The notes beneath the pieces are model-generated. The model made no database searches. It was not told the origin of the DNA and was given only the letters and a program-made list of their open reading frames with translations. A DNA stretch of 43,788 bases, from assembly GCF_001186125.1 (NCBI RefSeq), contig NW_014040081.1, forward strand, positions 1 through 43,788. The letters run 5' to 3'. Shown piece after piece: positions 22,501-35,887 of the stretch; position 1 is the first letter of the stretch, and the number at the start of each line of letters is the position of its first letter. The translations under genes and the position numbers were made by a program. Origin of the DNA: Sphaeroforma arctica JP610. Its lineage: Eukaryota.

Positions 22501-25500
22501 TGATATATTTGATATTGGTTGAGTACAGCAGATTACAAAGAGTTGTATCACCACACCTCGCTCCAAATCGTGTCGAACCCGTGCAAATCACATCACTATT
22601 GCATTCTCGAAGGTTTCTGCCTGTTCTATACTTGCTCCATAAAGGTCATAAACTTTGCTACGGTTTGAAAGCCAGTCCAGTAACTGACTGCCTCTCGTAT
22701 GCACTGTGTATATTGATATGCAAAAGTTTGTAAACCCTTGTTTTAAGGAAATAGAAATGCCTCACTTCTCTTGTTGCATATCATCTATTGCCTGAAAAAG
22801 GTTGTTTCCCTTGAGAGCTTCTTAATTTCTTCCTTCGCTTTTAAGCCAACTACACGCAGTTTCTTTTACTGTAAGATCATCATTATCTAGTTGCTTTACA
22901 ACATTGGTTAGCGAAATTGTCAGGGCATCTAAGTGATGGCACAGCTCAGACAATTTGGATTGTGCCTTATGACTTTTATCAGATATCACAAAATATTAAT
23001 ACACATGCTTTCGCGTAGCAACGGAACATTTGCATCTTGTACTTTGATCACATATAAGAGATTCCCCTAATAAACTGCTCCTGAATTTTCAGGGGTTTTT
23101 GTTGTTTAAATTTTGACTACAGGCGTCCGTATTCAGCTATAGTCATAAGAACAGCATCTATCGTCAGCTTGTACAACTTATTACGCTTTATAAAACATTT
23201 GGGGTTGAAATGTTACGTACATAATTTGCTTTAGGGTTTTTAGGGTTTTAGCTTTCCTTTTGTATCGCCCTAATTTAATCATCCAGATGGTTTCTCAGGT
23301 ATGCGGTGCCCTGGGTTGTCTAACGTAATAAAATCCAAACAGTATTCTACTGCGCACCTATCCGTCATGGTGCAGTTGTTGCAGCGCTGTAGTATGTTTT
23401 AAACCTTCCCTTATCCCCACTTTGGAAACCTGTGCTAAAAATAGATACTGTTATAGGACTATTGATCCTAAAAGCACAGGCGATTCTGTAGTGAGACAGT
23501 ACCTCACTTATGTTCAAACTAGAATATTAAAGGTGCATTTTCGCATCTCTACACTGGAGGATGCACTCGCAGAAGTACATGCGCCTCGGGTGCGATGGAG
23601 AGCTAGTCTAGCAATACAGCGCTCTGGGATGGCCAAGATAAGTGAGTTGATGACAATGGAGGCACCGCAGCCAAAACATGTGAAGACGGCTGAAAACGCT
23701 CTCTACTATTGGTGTGGGGAGTAAAATAGGTGCTGCATTTCTGGTCAGGGCATTTAGGACAAATAGCTCATGTGTTCAAACGTTGAGTAGTAAACAAAAT
23801 AACAGCATAAACCTAGGCCAAAACGAGGTGGCTACTTTCTAATAGAACACAATTGAGGTATATACAGGTGTATATTATTGATCGACCGAATAATACCTAC
23901 ACATCGTTATGAAAGTGGAATCAAAGATTAAAATAACTGCGAGCTTAAAGCCAGGCCTACTAGTCGCCATCAATGCACCTGATATAAAAAGTCCCCCAAT
24001 TCACAGGCAGAGTCTGCAATATCAAACACGTGTTGTCTTACGATGTGATCCGTAAAATCTTCATCATACTCAAGCTTCCAGTGCAGAAAACCTAACTGTA
24101 TTCGTATCCCGAATAGCGACGTGGTTGAGGTTGTACTTTCTGATAAAAAAAAGACGGGCATTTGAACAAGAATGAAACATTTTCCTGATAACTAATAAAC
24201 ACGCGTAGATATTTTTACAGGCATCTGACATGAACTTAAGGCGGTACTGAATGTCGCGCAGGAAAGGGTGTGCAGCAACCAAAGAATTCTGGGTGACGCA
24301 TATCATAGCAAGCTTGTCACAGCTCTCACTCAGAATAGGTGCCTCTAAATTGCCAGAACTTCTACGTTGCTGCATATATGACAAATATTATATCACGACG
24401 AGCTGTGTGAAGCGCTACATGCCTCTGCTCGATTTGTCCGCGGTTTCTCCGTACATTGCGTGTGGCCCTCGCTTTGAATTAGCTTGAACCAGCAATAAGA
24501 TTCTAACTTTTCCGATATCTGTATAAAAATTGAGACCACCACATTTTAAAATCACTTTCACGCTAGTGAGTAGAAAATATTTCTAAATCTTCAATTGACC
24601 AATTAACTGAGTCAGTTGCGAAACGTGCACCCGAGGACGTTGAATGGATGTTCGTGGCCAGCAACCCGAAGGACTCTGTTGTTTGTATGTTTTCACCTGT
24701 CATCTGGGCTATGTGAGATATGCGCCTATTATGGCAGCGTCATTGACTTATGTAACAAAATGCCCAAGATAGTGCGGAACGAGACAAGTTTATTCATCCG
24801 CATATAAGTAAGATTTTTTTCTCAATATTTCTTGATCCACCATTGAAGCCCATAACATACCGCTTTTCAATTTGTGAACATTCATTGAAAAGATCTTTGT
24901 GAACGTTTATCGAAAAGATCCTCGTTTGTGACTCAAGAATGCACCCCGTCTTTCAAGTTTTGCATGGTGTGTCGTCACAGATAGCACTGATGTTTATTCG
25001 GTGCTTGCCTTTTCGTTTTGCTGTCACCAACATACTGAACAATAAGAGCGAGATATATTCCCAGGGGTTCTGCGGCCAAGTCAGACTGATACGTTGTTTA
25101 ACTCCAGATGTATATTTTTGAGGGTGGTTCTGGTTACAGCAAACAATACATTACCAGAAAAATTGTTTCTAACATTAGTGTTCAATATAACAGGTTGTGC
25201 ATTATATAGTACAATATACTATTTATTGTCATCTCTCGTAGTCTGATTTCCGTTTTAATCAGTTTCCATTGCATCTGATCAAGCTAGGGCTTGCAAATGC
25301 TCCACAACAACTTGGAAATAAAAACTCAACAGGCACGCAAACAACATATTGTCTATGGAGAGAACGCAACGGGCAGGGGTATTCAAGAAAGTTGGACCGT
25401 AAGCTAGGTCTTGCAAGTGCTTCACAACAACTTGCAAATAAACCACCAAAAGTCCCACAGCCAAGGAAACAACAAATTGCCCAGGGAGAGAACGCTACAA

Positions 25501-27019
25501 ATAGCGAAACCAAGTTTATTTCCATGCACTGTAAGGAACAAAAAGAAGCCAAGCGCCCTGACGAGTTTGAGGAAAATGTTATCCGTATCTACACGACACT
25601 GTTCTATGGAGACACACGCGTGTTTAGTGTACCACTCGGGCCTGAGCGCGGGTATGCCATCAACGGCCCAGAGTTTCCCGAGAACAGTTTCGTCTCTAAT
25701 GTCCTACAATGTTAGCATCTGCTGCAGTGTAATAAACATGAAAATCTCATGTTCCAGCATCTGTTATCCTACCACGCACGCCCTGTGATGGTAGAAACGT
25801 AGTATACTACTTTCTTCCACAGATTCACGGTCCGCACAGGATCAACAAATAAGCCCGTGGTCGTGGCATTCAGGGCCACGCCCGACGCCTCACCAACCTT
25901 GTTCCGATCGCGACGCTGTTTGCATTGTGTCGCTGAATTTGAAGTTTGAAGTTCCAACTTTTCGAAGACCACTTTTTCCTTACTAGAATGATAATGACTG
26001 CCGAGAGTGCAAGTTGATACATGGATCGCTCTGTTCTGGCCGACACGGGTGTGGCCTCTTTCAAAGTGCGTCCTGCACAAAGTACAAGTGTTCGTCGTGC
26101 ATGATACACAACGCCGACACGTACCACCAGCAGGCAACAACATCCTCGTAGGGCACGCCTACCAACCAACATGCGCAAGCTCTGCACAGAGTTGGCCAAC
26201 GCGGTTCAGTTGCACCAGAACAAGGGCACCGGTGCCGGCCAGTCATGACGTTGGTCGCCACCGCCATCCAAACGGCGATTCGAGACAATGGTGTGCAAAA
26301 CTAGACTACCACCAGAATGACAGGCCCAGCATCGGCCGGAAAGCGCAAGATGGAGTCGTGCAAGGCTCGAACAAAACACACTAAAGGGACATGTGCCTAA
26401 GGCGCACGGCCCACTGCTTTGACCAATGCCTGGCCGTGTTGCCGCCAAGGTCATGGTTAAGTTGGATACCAACTGGATCTGCGATCACAGGCCGACGAGG
26501 CAGAGGGGCTCAACAACAACGACAAACTACCAAGCAAGCGCGTGCAGATAACCTGCAGCACCGCCAAGGGCACCAGTAGTCTCTACAGGCCCTCGGGGTT
26601 ATGTATAGAGTCCCTGGTCGCATACTGCACGAAAGGCCACGCCGACCTCGAGCTAAGCAGAACCACTGACTACAAGCTCAGCATGACGGTCATCGCACTA
26701 CAGACGCTCGCACTGACACTCAAACAATCCCGTGTATGCGACAAACACGGCCTGCAAGCCAAGCATAGGACTCACAGAACAGTAGCAACGGCGCGTGTAC
26801 ATATACATGAAATAGTCTATCACCATCGATTCCAGGGTATCTCCCAATTTGCATCAAATTTGAAATGTGGGACTGAATTGAAATCCATCAAAACAGACCA
26901 GAGCTAACACGACACCCTGGTACCAACTCCTAAATTCTGCAGCAAGAAGAGGCTCACCCCAGCCGAAAGTTAGAAACACCACCAGAGGGGTTGTGTGATA
27001 ATCAACTGTTAAATGATAT

Positions 27020-30000
27020 CTACGCCATTTCAAATTCGCCCATTTCTGCGCTCTCATGAACCTGCGAGGATGTAGAAATGGCAACAGTACCTGTGATTAA
27101 TTCCCAGCTTACTGAGCAACGAGTACGAAGACACACATGTGGCTAGAACGATACAGCTTGGCTATGAATGAAACCGGGTATGAATTCGGAAGTAATAAGA
27201 GGAGAGGGATAGGGCGTCTTCAGCGACATCCAGTGTCAATAGCACACCCATATACTGTGGGAGTAGATATTAGACAATAGATAATTACATACTAATACTA
27301 CTGTTTGTTCGTGCGCTGATAGCAGTGCAGTATACGACCATTACCATACCTCGGTGATGGTAGTCCAGTCGGCATGTTGAACCTGTTTTCTCCAGAAATG
27401 CATGCCGTTGTAAAAGTCGACAAAGTTCAGAAAGACTCCGCGACTGAAGGCGTTGCTGTACTTGCCCTATAGTGGTGGACGGAGGGTGCAGAACGAGATG
27501 AATGAGGTTAGGGCTTGATAGGAAGTCGTGGGTATGAAAGCACGCTCGAACTAAGCAAGACCTACACAGAGATGTCCGGACACCGGAATAGATTATGCTT
27601 TGCGAACTTTTGTGTTGAAGACATATCCCTGCTCCTTCGGAATGGCTGTACTCACACGCACATGCTTGCGAAACACATACCCTTTCGTTCCGTAAGTATG
27701 GCAGCCTGCGCCATAGCACACGTTCGTTGGTGGTCAAATTGGCACCCACTTGGTACGTTTGCGAGAGGTACAGAGCCACTACCCAGGAGATTTGTAGTCC
27801 TGCATACATCATGGACCCCGTTGCAACGGGCTGAAGGCGGTAGGTGCATATACGATATGTTAGAATCATTGGAATCATGTATGGATATATGAAGTATGCA
27901 TGCATCGATATATGAAGTAAGTATTTATGTATGTATACCTAAAAAATGTGAATGTGACTCTAATTTATTTCAGACTGCGGTCAAAATTAATCCGTGGCAC
28001 AATTTGAGAAGTGCTACCAAGCTCAATGGGGCGGCGGAAGGCAGTGCCACAAACGGAAGCGACAAAGGTTGGATAGCGCAGTGCGAATAACACATAAGTT
28101 TGAGCAAACGAGGTAGGGGTGGGCCGTATAGGGCCCAAGAAACTACATGCAGCGGACAGTAAGCTGCCTTCGACACACAAACAGCACACACTTGGCAAAT
28201 GCCGGGCTACTCACTGTAGATGTGGTACAATCACACCAGCTACTATACATATATATATATACACAGATACAATACAAGTACCCGGAGGGCAAATAAGAAG
28301 TCTAAATAGTCAGGTAGGCAAAGCGGCAAAGAGTCCAACAAGAAAAACCGTAGCAGACAATTAAAACCAACCTCATGCTCGACGTAGGTCAGGAATTGGT
28401 TTAAGTAGCCGTCAACCTGTTCCACCATGGTACGGAGGTCTGTCAGGTGCGGGTCGAGAACAGGAGTTAAGCTTGGGTTACAACAACGTGTGTATGAATA
28501 GGAGTTAAGCTTGTGCTACACGTTACAACAACGCGTGTATGCATCTGTAATTGCGATGGCACATGATGACACAGATAGATACCAGGCGCATGGCCTGACA
28601 GGTGGCCTGACAGGTAGTATAGACACTCCGCTGCGCAGCATCAACACACGTGGGCGAGGCACTCGTTGAATACAAACGTGAGCCCGTTAACAAAATGTGC
28701 ATTGTCATTTAAAGACCATAGAAACATAAGTACAGCCCCACAATTAAATTAGGCTGCACTAGCCAACGTGCCTATACACCACTATACAGCCGTGCACGGA
28801 AGAGCAATACACAAAGGTAACCCAATTTTTACGCTTCGGGTGTAAACCTAGAGTCTTTTCTAGCACACACAGACACTCAATAAACAATCGACCCCCACCA
28901 GCACTTACAGTGCAGAGCCATGTCGATAAAGCAGGACCCCGTGATAGAGAGAAACAGTAGGTAGTGCATGAAGTACACGTGGTTCTGAGACCCTATGCAG
29001 TTGCCGACAAAGGGGCAGTGGTGGTCAAACTTAGCCACGCACTTGCCACACATGGAGCAGTGCTTGGACCGCAATGGCTTCTTTAGCAGACACGTGTGGC
29101 AGAAGCGCCCACCGTCCATGGCGTTTTTCTCCACCATCTGTAGGTAGGTAGGTAGGTAGGTAGGTAGGTAGGTAGATAGCGGTGTACGCGTGCCATTGGA
29201 CTTTGGATATATATCAAGTCAATAAGCGGATAGGAAATCAGATGAATAGGCGGACGGCAGCAGAGGACTCGCACTGTGAACCCATTGTCCCATTGTCGGT
29301 AAGCGAACCGACCACCAACCGTTTCTCATAATGATCTATGCCACAGTAGCGGGAGGGCGTGCGTGAAGACTATATGCATGCATGTGTGCGCGTGTGCAAC
29401 AAGTGAATAGCAGTCTACTGGGATAGCAGCTTGATCATATGTGACCACATCTAAACGAACGGATACTTGGGATTTAAGAGTCCGAGGAATCAGCCCAAGG
29501 CACTCGCAGTTAGTACCGAAACACACGGGACGGCGACTACCCACTGGTACACGCATTCTAGAACTCTTGCCTCTAAACTACGACTGGTACCATAGGCTGA
29601 ATGTTCTTGTACTTCACCACACTGTATGTCAATCCAGACGACGTGTACAATGAAGGTCGTGATCAGCCATCCTCCACGGCTGCTGCAAAGGTGATACTAA
29701 CCACGCGTACGACCAGACACCTACTAATCGATACACAAAGTCAAGCATAGAAAGTCGCGCATGGATTTCCCCACTCTTATGCATTGGCATACACACCTCA
29801 ATGATCGTTCTCCGTTGCTTCTCGGGCGTGGTCTTGATGAACCCAGGGTCTGTCTTCCAAGCCTTGTAAAAGTTCTGTACCATCAGCGCGAATGTGCCAA
29901 AGAACGTTAAACTCACCACTATACGCTCAGAGTTGGCTGGCCACAACAATACCAAGCCCACCACTCCTAGTATCAAAGCTGTTGGTGTATAGTGAGATAT

Positions 30001-33000
30001 GCAGGTGATATTTGTCAGTCGAAGTGTATACGAAATCATTCCAAGTTCAGGCGTGTAAGATCGGTAAACGCATGCATACCACCTTGGAAGTGAACAGGCT
30101 GTATGTACCGAATCATGTCGAGCATGGCAACACGTAGCAAGACGGTAGATGCAAATAAACGCAAACGGATACACACAGACCTAATCACGCATGGATTTTG
30201 AATACCCAAGCAATATTCCACTCACCCGAGTGCACGAAAAGAGCCAAGGTAAACGGGTTCTTGCCACCGTCTGCGATCCAGAACGTTTTGATCAGCATGC
30301 CACAGAAGGCCCACACGCACGCGAGTGCAATCAACGTATACGGCATCGCAAACGTATGTGTGCACCACCCGAACATGACCAGGAAGATCAGCGGAACGGA
30401 CCACAGCACACGCGTTCTCAACCGCTTGTTCTGCAACAGTTTTTGTAACCAGGGCCGACTGTCTATCCCGGACGAAGTTCGCAGAAACCTGGTTGTAAGT
30501 AGAATGTATGTTTTTGATAAATTATAGGGGATTAGCATCCATCTGAAACGACTAGAAGGGAGGCGAAAGGGGTCACTGTGTCACTACAAAACCACGGCAG
30601 AAACAGTGATGCAGAAAAACCACGGCAGAAACAATGATGCAGCAGATGAACTACCGCACACAATACTGTCAGTAGAGTCGTAGGTCTTACACGGACGCAA
30701 CACGAGCCTATCTGACAGAGCTGCATCACAAGCACCCAGCCCGTGGCACTACAGGAAGCACAGTCCTGCAACCTTATCGTATAACTACTGTCTTCAATAC
30801 ACAGCCACGCCCATAAGTGCCTGCACTGCGTTGGCGTATCCGTACAGACAGGCAGGTGAATGCACACACACTTTGGGGCTAGGTGTCTGAACACGAGCCC
30901 TTACGTTCGCAAAACTTGCCTGGCACAGTCACGCGCTTTTCAACTCCGGAACACAAAGATACACTACCTTCTCGAGGAGACACATTTAAAGGCCTACGGG
31001 TAGTGCTTAATTCACGGATAACAACTTTCTATCCTAAGACTGTACCCCCGCCCCCCCAAAAGGTGATCTGCCATCTCTGTACTGAGTGTTAACCCGCAAT
31101 AAATCAAGGCAGCCTACAAAGCCCACAGGAGATTGTCGGATACATTCGGATAGAGATGAACAATACACATCCAACATACGATGCCACACCATACTCTAGG
31201 GTATAGGGTTTTAAATGGGTCCAAACCTCCATAAACCCTAAAGCATACCTACCTAGCCATCAGGTCGTTCCCCCTCCCCACACAAAGTTCCAGGGGTGTC
31301 TGGTTCTTGTCATTGCGCAGGTCAACACGCGCCCCCGAGTTCACCAATTCACGCACAGTGGCGCTGTTGCCGTTAAAGCACGCCCAGTGCAGCGCTGTAT
31401 TGCGAGTATTGTCCTGAGAGAAGGTGCGAGTGAGTGTGCGTGAGTGAGTGTTGGTATTGTCAGTTACATAAGTGGTTGACAGTAAACAAGTTTGCATCGG
31501 TGCCCGGGGCTATAGAGGTGTCAGTGGTGAGAACAATCACGGCCAAATTTAATTGGTGAGATACGGAATGGCGCCGGCTGTTCGGTACAAGTAGTGTATT
31601 TGTACGTGAGCACAATTAACAGCAGCATGCGCTATTGCCAGAGACACATCAACCCGATGCAGAAAGCCATGTACAGACAACTACAGCATATCGATGGCTA
31701 TAGTATACACTATAGCAGAACGAAAGCCTGTACACATAGAGAGACCAGCTACACGATTCACGAACAGTATGTAATATCCAGAATTCAATCTTACAAGCCC
31801 ACACAGAAGAGCAACTTATAAAAACTTATCACTCGAGTGATGCAGACACACAAACGCCTCCATACCATACCACCCCCCCCCAAAACCACATAAAAAAAGA
31901 GAAAAACGAAAAAAGAAGAGCAAATTCGTCCACAGAGTCCACCAAGTTCGCGCCCGCGTGTATGCTTCTGGGCCTACCTGTCTATCAATATCTGCCTTGA
32001 GCGCCAGCAGTGTGCGTATTGTATCGGCCGTGAACACTCTATACGCAGCCCACATCAGCGACGTTCGACCGTCGGGGTCGGTGGAGTGGATGTCTACGCC
32101 TTTCGCGACCAAATACGCACACAGTGAGCTGTGGCCAAACTGTGCGGCCAGTAACAGAGCGTTGTAGCCCTGGTTGTCTCGGATGCTGTATAGGTGAGAG
32201 GGGTAGAGAGATTGGCGGGTGAGTGGTAGGTTGTGGGAGATAGCTGGGGGTGCCACCCGGATGATGGATACCTACACCGTCAATGTGTATAAGAGGTCCG
32301 AATGGACTGGGGAAATGGCACAGGATAAGTACCGAGTATGGGGTGTGACAACAGAGCATATGGAGTTAAGACGGGAAACGAGGCGTGGGATGGAGTGTCG
32401 CGTCTGTGACTACAACCACTGAACTTCCACACAGACGACCAAGGAGCCCATCCCACACAAGGCAGTTGAACGTACACACGCCCATAACTGAGTGCGGCCG
32501 TACTGATATGGTGTGTGTACCAGAGTGCAGGCTATGTGAACGCTACTTAGACTACAGGCGGGGCTACTAGCGCACATGTACCTATCATCGCGCACTATAG
32601 GCCATGATCGTTCGTATACCTACTGGGTCAACCCTCACCCGACCACACACGTACCTATCATCGCGCACTATAGGCCATGATCGTTCGTATACCTACCGGG
32701 TCAACCCTCACCCGACCACACACGTACCTATCATCGCGCACTATAGGCCATGATCGTTCGTATACCTACTGGGTCAACCCGCACCCGACCACACACACCT
32801 TGGATCGGCCCCCTGGCTCATCAGCATCACACACATCTCCAAATGACCCTGCCGCACGGCCCAATGAAGTGCGGTACTTTGCAGATGCCCCCCCAACGCA
32901 TCCACAATGGCGCCCTTCAGCAACAGATACTTCACCACAGCCAGGCGGTTGTTAATAGCGGCCCAGTGTAACACAGTCACATCCTCCTGGTCGGGCGTGT

Positions 33001-35286
33001 TGATATCCACGCCTTCGGTCTCGACTAGGTGGGCCACGCGTTGTAGCAGGCCACGTTGACACGCCATGACAATGTCCACGTCCATAGCAACGGAGGGATT
33101 GTGTCCGTCGTCTTCATCGTTTTCTAGCGTGTCTGTGTGGGTAGAGGTGTGTGTGTATACGTGCATGTGCACAGGTTGAGCAGAGGGGTGGATTTCGGGT
33201 CGAGATGCTGATGGTATTCAAGTTCCTTGTACAGTCAATTGTGTTAGAATATAACGATGTGCTTATACACATATCAGGTATGCTGACAAGTACGTATTTG
33301 AGTTGAAATATGGAGACAGCCGATACACTATGAGCTCTCAAATTCAGTTCCCATACCACTAACCCGTGTTAATTTTTTTTCCAAAAATAGGCAATTACAT
33401 ACATAAGCATTTACTTCATGCGACCATGGGTATATGTACACATATGTATACACTCGTACATGCATGCATGCATGGATACATACATGCATATAAATAAAAC
33501 CTACACCATACACATATACACAGACCTACACATGTACATGTACTGACTATGGTTGTATGCATATGCGCAACAATTCAGATATACATGCAACTTAATATAC
33601 GAATAAGTTTATTGATTAATGTACGTGACAGAGTGTCTGAATGTGTTATATTAGGCTGTATTACCTATTCATATAGATAAATAGAAATAAATAAACGAAT
33701 ACAAATATATACACACACACATATATACATTGCACGTCTCTAAAATTTGAAATATGAATAGAAGTATACGATTATCAAGGTATTTATATGTACATAAATA
33801 TTGTAATTGGTGAGTGACACGTGTTATACTGAGTTCATGTTTGGACATGTGTGTATGATGTTGGGTTTGGGAATGTACATAATATACATAGCATGAGTGG
33901 AATATTATTTTAAAGGCTTAACTTATGTAAACCGTTAGTTTGCATACATAAAGCTAGGTTACCGCATACGGGGCATTGTAACTTCAATAAACGTAAGAGT
34001 ACACTTAAAGCTGAAAAGTGTAAAATATGTAGATGTTGGCGACAGTATCCAGACGGAACGGTCGCAATAGTTTCGGCTAGCAGTTAGTGTCCATAGTGAA
34101 CTAACTTGCCGCAGGCGTCATAGGGGCGTGGGCTGGCGTATATAAGCAGGCACTATGAAGTGATCAGTTTTCATAGTTTCTAGGAGCTATTACACTTCTT
34201 CAATACACAGTATATAATACATACATTCCACTATGAAGTATCAGTTTTGCATTTAGAAAGTACTCTCAATATATATATATATATATAAATATATATATGG
34301 GCAATCGGTTGCGACAACAGTGGTCTGGGAATTTCTGGTGCGTACCTACAGACACAGACACAGACACACACATATATATACATACACACAAACATGTATA
34401 TATTCATGCAATATATATAAATAAATGTACATGAATGAAGAAACTACCACATCCACACTAATAACGCACATATATTTGTGTTATTGATAAACAAAATAGT
34501 TGACTACATAAATGTACACTTAACTTAAAACATCTTTATGACCACGTTCACATGAATACAAATACTAATACACTCACAGGGACATTGATATATGTATATT
34601 TATATACATACATACATACATATATATATATATTAATACATAGACATATATAAGATATATATATATATATACATATATTAATACATAGAAATATATAAAA
34701 TAACACACACACACACACACACACTTTATAAATATATATACAAACACACACACACACACACATACATATATACATACGAATCTGCATATCCATGCACCTC
34801 GGACTCGGTATTTTATCTAAGTAATGTGGTATACTGTCAACATGTACACAGGCCACTATTGATCTATTTTCGGTGTGTATAGAAGTGCAAACTAAAGTAG
34901 TGCACAATGCTACTCTGAGGAAGCGTGCTCTAGAATGCCCATCATATTTCCATATGCGTCCTTCATGGGAGAATAGTTAGACTTCAACTCTGCCACGGGG
35001 TTGGATATCAGCGATACAATTTATATCTATGGATATACACACATATACACACACATATATCAAGTATCAGTGTGAGGGTACATCAACAACTTATGAATAT
35101 AGACTTACAAATAATAACATATGAACATAGATTTACAAATAATAAAATATGAACATATATCTACAAATATATAAAAACACACACATACACACAGACATGC
35201 ATATATATACCGCAAAATACACACACACACACATATATTATATATATATATACATACATAAACATGCACACGCACACACACGCATA

Positions 35287-35332
<46 letters not shown>

Positions 35333-35887
35333 CACATTTACAAACAAACAACACACACACACACACACATATATACTTACATAGATATTGGTACAGACAA
35401 CAAGAAATGACCTTTCGCATGGATATGTGGAATGAATCATGAAGCTATATCCTTACAGACCATAACGATAACCTCATAGGAAAGTTATCGTGTTAAAGAA
35501 GTATATTTGAGAACATACTTTACCACTTGGCATTTTTAAAGCGCACCCGAACGTGACACTAATAACAAATCTCTTTTAAAGTACACAAAAATACATTCTC
35601 ACACACTAACAAAGTATAGACGTATCTATTTTAATCCCACGGCAAGATCATATGGTAAATTCCAAACTCGCAATCATACCAGGGGTATGCATATCAGTCT
35701 CATTGTGCCCGCCGCCGTGCGCGTGACTATGCCCGTGCCCGTTGTGATCATCGCGGTGGTCTTCAGTAGGCAAGCCCTGGTACAATAAGCCGTCCCTTTC
35801 TAACTCAACATCATCTCCTCCTGTTGCGAATCCCAGGAACGTGCTGAGAGATTCCACTTTGTGCTTGACATCATCAAGCTTAGACAT
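27020..35887 (-). CDS. ZDHHC17: Ankyrin-repeat DHHC palmitoyltransferase (ZDHHC17/ZDHHC13/Akr1 type), ~680 aa
   Basis: Phase-consistent exons (-): 35887-35680, 33132-32799, 32185-31978, 31413-31253, 30488-30226, 29978-29797, 29137-28909, 28439-28372, 27830-27681, 27466-27350, and tentatively 27217-27175 and 27090-27020. Ankyrin repeats ([33 protein letters not shown]), TM helices, DPG motif, CHTC...[31 protein letters not shown] and NAFSRG..LN motifs. Confidence 0.93.
29140..29175. repeat. (TAGG)n microsatellite abutting the splice acceptor of the DHHC exon
   Basis: Reads (CCTA)n-CAG|ATG on the minus strand. Confidence 0.9.
32578..32798. repeat. Intronic minisatellite, 73-bp unit x3
   Basis: gtacctatcatcgcgcactataggccatgatcg...cccgaccacacac starts at 32578, 32651 and 32724, and ends at the donor site of the first ankyrin exon. 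Confidence 0.95.
34540..35385. repeat. (TA)n/(CA)n low-complexity tracts in intron 1 of the DHHC gene
   Basis: Read directly; the source of the C/V/Y/I-rich spurious ORFs. Confidence 0.9.

Noticed and set aside
23231..23251. TTAGGG-like interstitial telomere motif (also ~31198-31241)
   Set aside because: Only two or three imperfect units, which is expected by chance.
34296..34347. Possible extra DHHC-gene exon after a tgtag acceptor on the minus strand
   Set aside because: It runs into a TA microsatellite with no clear donor; exons 1 and 2 already join in phase.
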